Origin: Macrostomum lignano | Lineage: Eukaryota | DNA length: 64,000 nucleotides | Assembly (NCBI GenBank): GCA_002269645.1 | Contig: NIVC01000432.1 | Coordinates: forward strand, 248,001-312,000 | Direction: 5' to 3' | Shown here: in pieces, positions 61,885 through 64,000 of the stretch | How positions within the stretch are numbered: position 1 is the first letter of the stretch | Layout of the letters: every line of letters starts with the position of its first letter | Translations under genes and position numbers: made by a program | Notes under the pieces: generated by a model | Databases searched by the model: none | Told to the model about the DNA's origin: nothing | What the model saw: the letters and a program-made list of their open reading frames with translations, nothing else

Positions 61885-62635
61885 TGAATCCAGCTCTGTC
61901 TCTAGATGACTCCAGTTCTGTCTCTAGATGACTCCAGCTCTGTCTCTAGTTGGCTCCAGCTCTGTCTCTAGCTGGCTCCAGCTCTGTCTCTAGATGACTC
62001 CAGCTCTGTCTCTAGATGAATCCAGCTCTGTCTCTAGGTGACTCCAGCTCTGTCTCTAGTTGGCTCCAGCTCTGTCTCTAGCTGGCTCCAGCTCTGTCTC
62101 TAGATGACTCCAGCTCTGTCTCTAGATGAATCCAGCTCTGTCTCTAGGTGACTCCAGCTCTGTCTCTAGATGACTCCGGCTCTGTCTCTAGATGAATCCA
62201 GCTCTGTCTCTAGATGACTCCAGCTCTGTCTCTAGATGAATCCAGCTCTGTCTCTAGATGACTCCAGCTCTGTCTCTAGATGACTCCAGCTCTGTCTCTA
62301 GATGACTCCAGCTCTGTCTCTAGATGAATCCAGCTCTGTCTCTAGATGACTCCAGCTCTGTCTCTAGATGACTCCAGCTCTGTCTCTAGATGAATCCAGC
62401 TCTGTCTCTAGATGACTCCAGCTCTGTCTCTAGATGACTCCAGCTCTGTCTCTAGATGAATCCAGCTCTGTCTCTAGATGACTCCAGCTCTGTCTCTAGA
62501 TGACTCCAGCTCTGTCTCTAGATGACTCCAGCTCTGTCTCTAGATGACTCCAGCTCTGTCTCTAGATGACTCCAGCTCTGTCTCTAGATGACTCCAGCTC
62601 TGTCTCTAGATGAATCCAGCTCTGTCTCTAGATGA
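61885..62635. repeat. Minisatellite, 22-bp unit GATGACTCCAGCTCTGTCTCTA
   Basis: About 34 copies. Confidence 0.96.
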
Positions 62636-62950
62636 AGGAAGGAGATTTTCATGGAAGGAGATTCTCATGGAAGGAGATTCTCATGGAAGGAGATTCTCAT
62701 GGAAGGAGATTCTCATGGAAGGAGATTCTCATGGAAGGAGATTCTCATGGAAGGAGATTCTCATGAAAGGAGATTCTCATGAAAGGAGATTCTCATGGAA
62801 GGAGATTCTCATGGAAGGAGATTCTCATGGAAGGAGATTCTCATGAAAGGAGATTCTCATGGAAGGAGATTCTCATGGAAGGAGATTCTCATGGAAGGAG
62901 ATTCTCATGGAAGGAGATTCTCATGGAAGGAGATTCTCATGGAAGGAGAT
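62636..62950. repeat. Minisatellite, 16-bp unit ATGGAAGGAGATTCTC
   Basis: About 19 copies directly abutting the 22-bp array. Confidence 0.96.
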
Positions 62951-63439
62951 TTTATCTCGTGTCAGTTATTCATAGTAAATAAAAAACTTGTCGCCAAAAT
63001 TCGACCATTATTTAGGCACTTATCTGCGGAAATCTTCTGTCACCGGCTCTCCTTGTAGAATATAGATTAGTTGCCAAGCTAGGGTTGATTGAAATAGTCA
63101 AACAGATGCACACAGCTGTATCCGCAGCTAACACGGAATGGGCTTTGTTAGCCTGTCTGTCCCCTCAACGATTTTTATCTCACCTGTCAAATGACCTCGC
63201 CAATCAATGCTCGGCGTTATATATAAATTTTGTCAAGATTAATATCGAGACCGCACCTTGTTGAGCTGATAATTTCAACCTGGTGTCACAGTCTATAGTC
63301 AGTTGTTTTTGTCTCGCGAGCTTTGATGAGTAGGGGGGGGGGTTGCTGTTGACAACATGAGACCGTCTGTTTTGTAAATACTTTTTCTCCTTCTAGGTTC
63401 TTGTTGAAGCTTTCGCCGTCTGGAGGCAATCGAAATTCT

Positions 63440-63720
63440 CCTACTTGCTCTACTCTATGGCCTATCATCTATCCACTCTATTCTACTCTATGGTCAATCA
63501 TCTGTCCACTCTATTCTACTCTATGGTCTATAATCCATCCACTCTATTCTACTCTATGGTCTATAATCCATCCACTCTATTCTACTCTATGGTCTATCAT
63601 CCATCCACTCTATTCTACTCTATGGTCTATAATCCATCCACTCTATTCTACTCTATGGTCTATCATCTATCCACTCTATTCTACTCTATGGTCTATCATC
63701 TATCGACTTTTTTTCACTCT
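63440..63720. repeat. Minisatellite, 33-bp unit TCTACTCTATGGTCTATCATCTATCCACTCTAT
   Basis: About 8 copies. Confidence 0.92.
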
Positions 63721-64000
63721 ATTCTATCTGTCTACTGTCTACTTTAACCCTCTGTAGCAGTCAATTTAGTATATTCCTTTCTAGTCCATCCCTACTCAAT
63801 TTTTTATATTTCCATAAAAACGACTTGCTAAAAGCAATGTCTGGAACACAATTTATCAAACGAACAATAAAGGGCCGTCTGATGCAATTATTAAACACTT
63901 CATCACAAAAAATTAACAAATGCGATTGCATAAGAAACTTCACTAAACCGCACCTGTTGCACCCAAATCTGTCATTGAAACTGTATTTATTCCGCAAATT

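Overview
Repeat-rich eukaryotic (metazoan) genomic DNA with GT-AG spliceosomal introns. The minisatellite-filled introns and GC-rich exons resemble a free-living flatworm such as Macrostomum, but this is an unconfirmed inference. Hand-splicing supports six protein-coding loci: (1) the 3' part of a Src42A/FRK-like tyrosine kinase (+, 4908-8889); (2) a 1492-aa protein with AT-hooks, an unassigned globular region and about 18 C2H2 fingers (-, 14361-21822, 5 exons); (3) an intronless low-complexity orphan ORF (-, 30614-33001); (4) an NT5DC2/3-family HAD nucleotidase (+, 34545-42091, 7 exons); (5) a 1232-aa KY/hillarin-like inactive transglutaminase-fold protein ending in a domain resembling the dynein stalk microtubule-binding domain (-, 46678-54633, 7 exons); (6) a 349-aa orphan (+, 57167-58919, 2 exons). 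Genes 5 and 6 are divergent around a near-palindromic RFX X-box. About 30 tandem arrays are present, along with several MITE, SINE, Helitron-like and foldback elements. Most long ORFs in the supplied track are translations of tandem repeats. No rRNA, true tRNA or CRISPR array was found.
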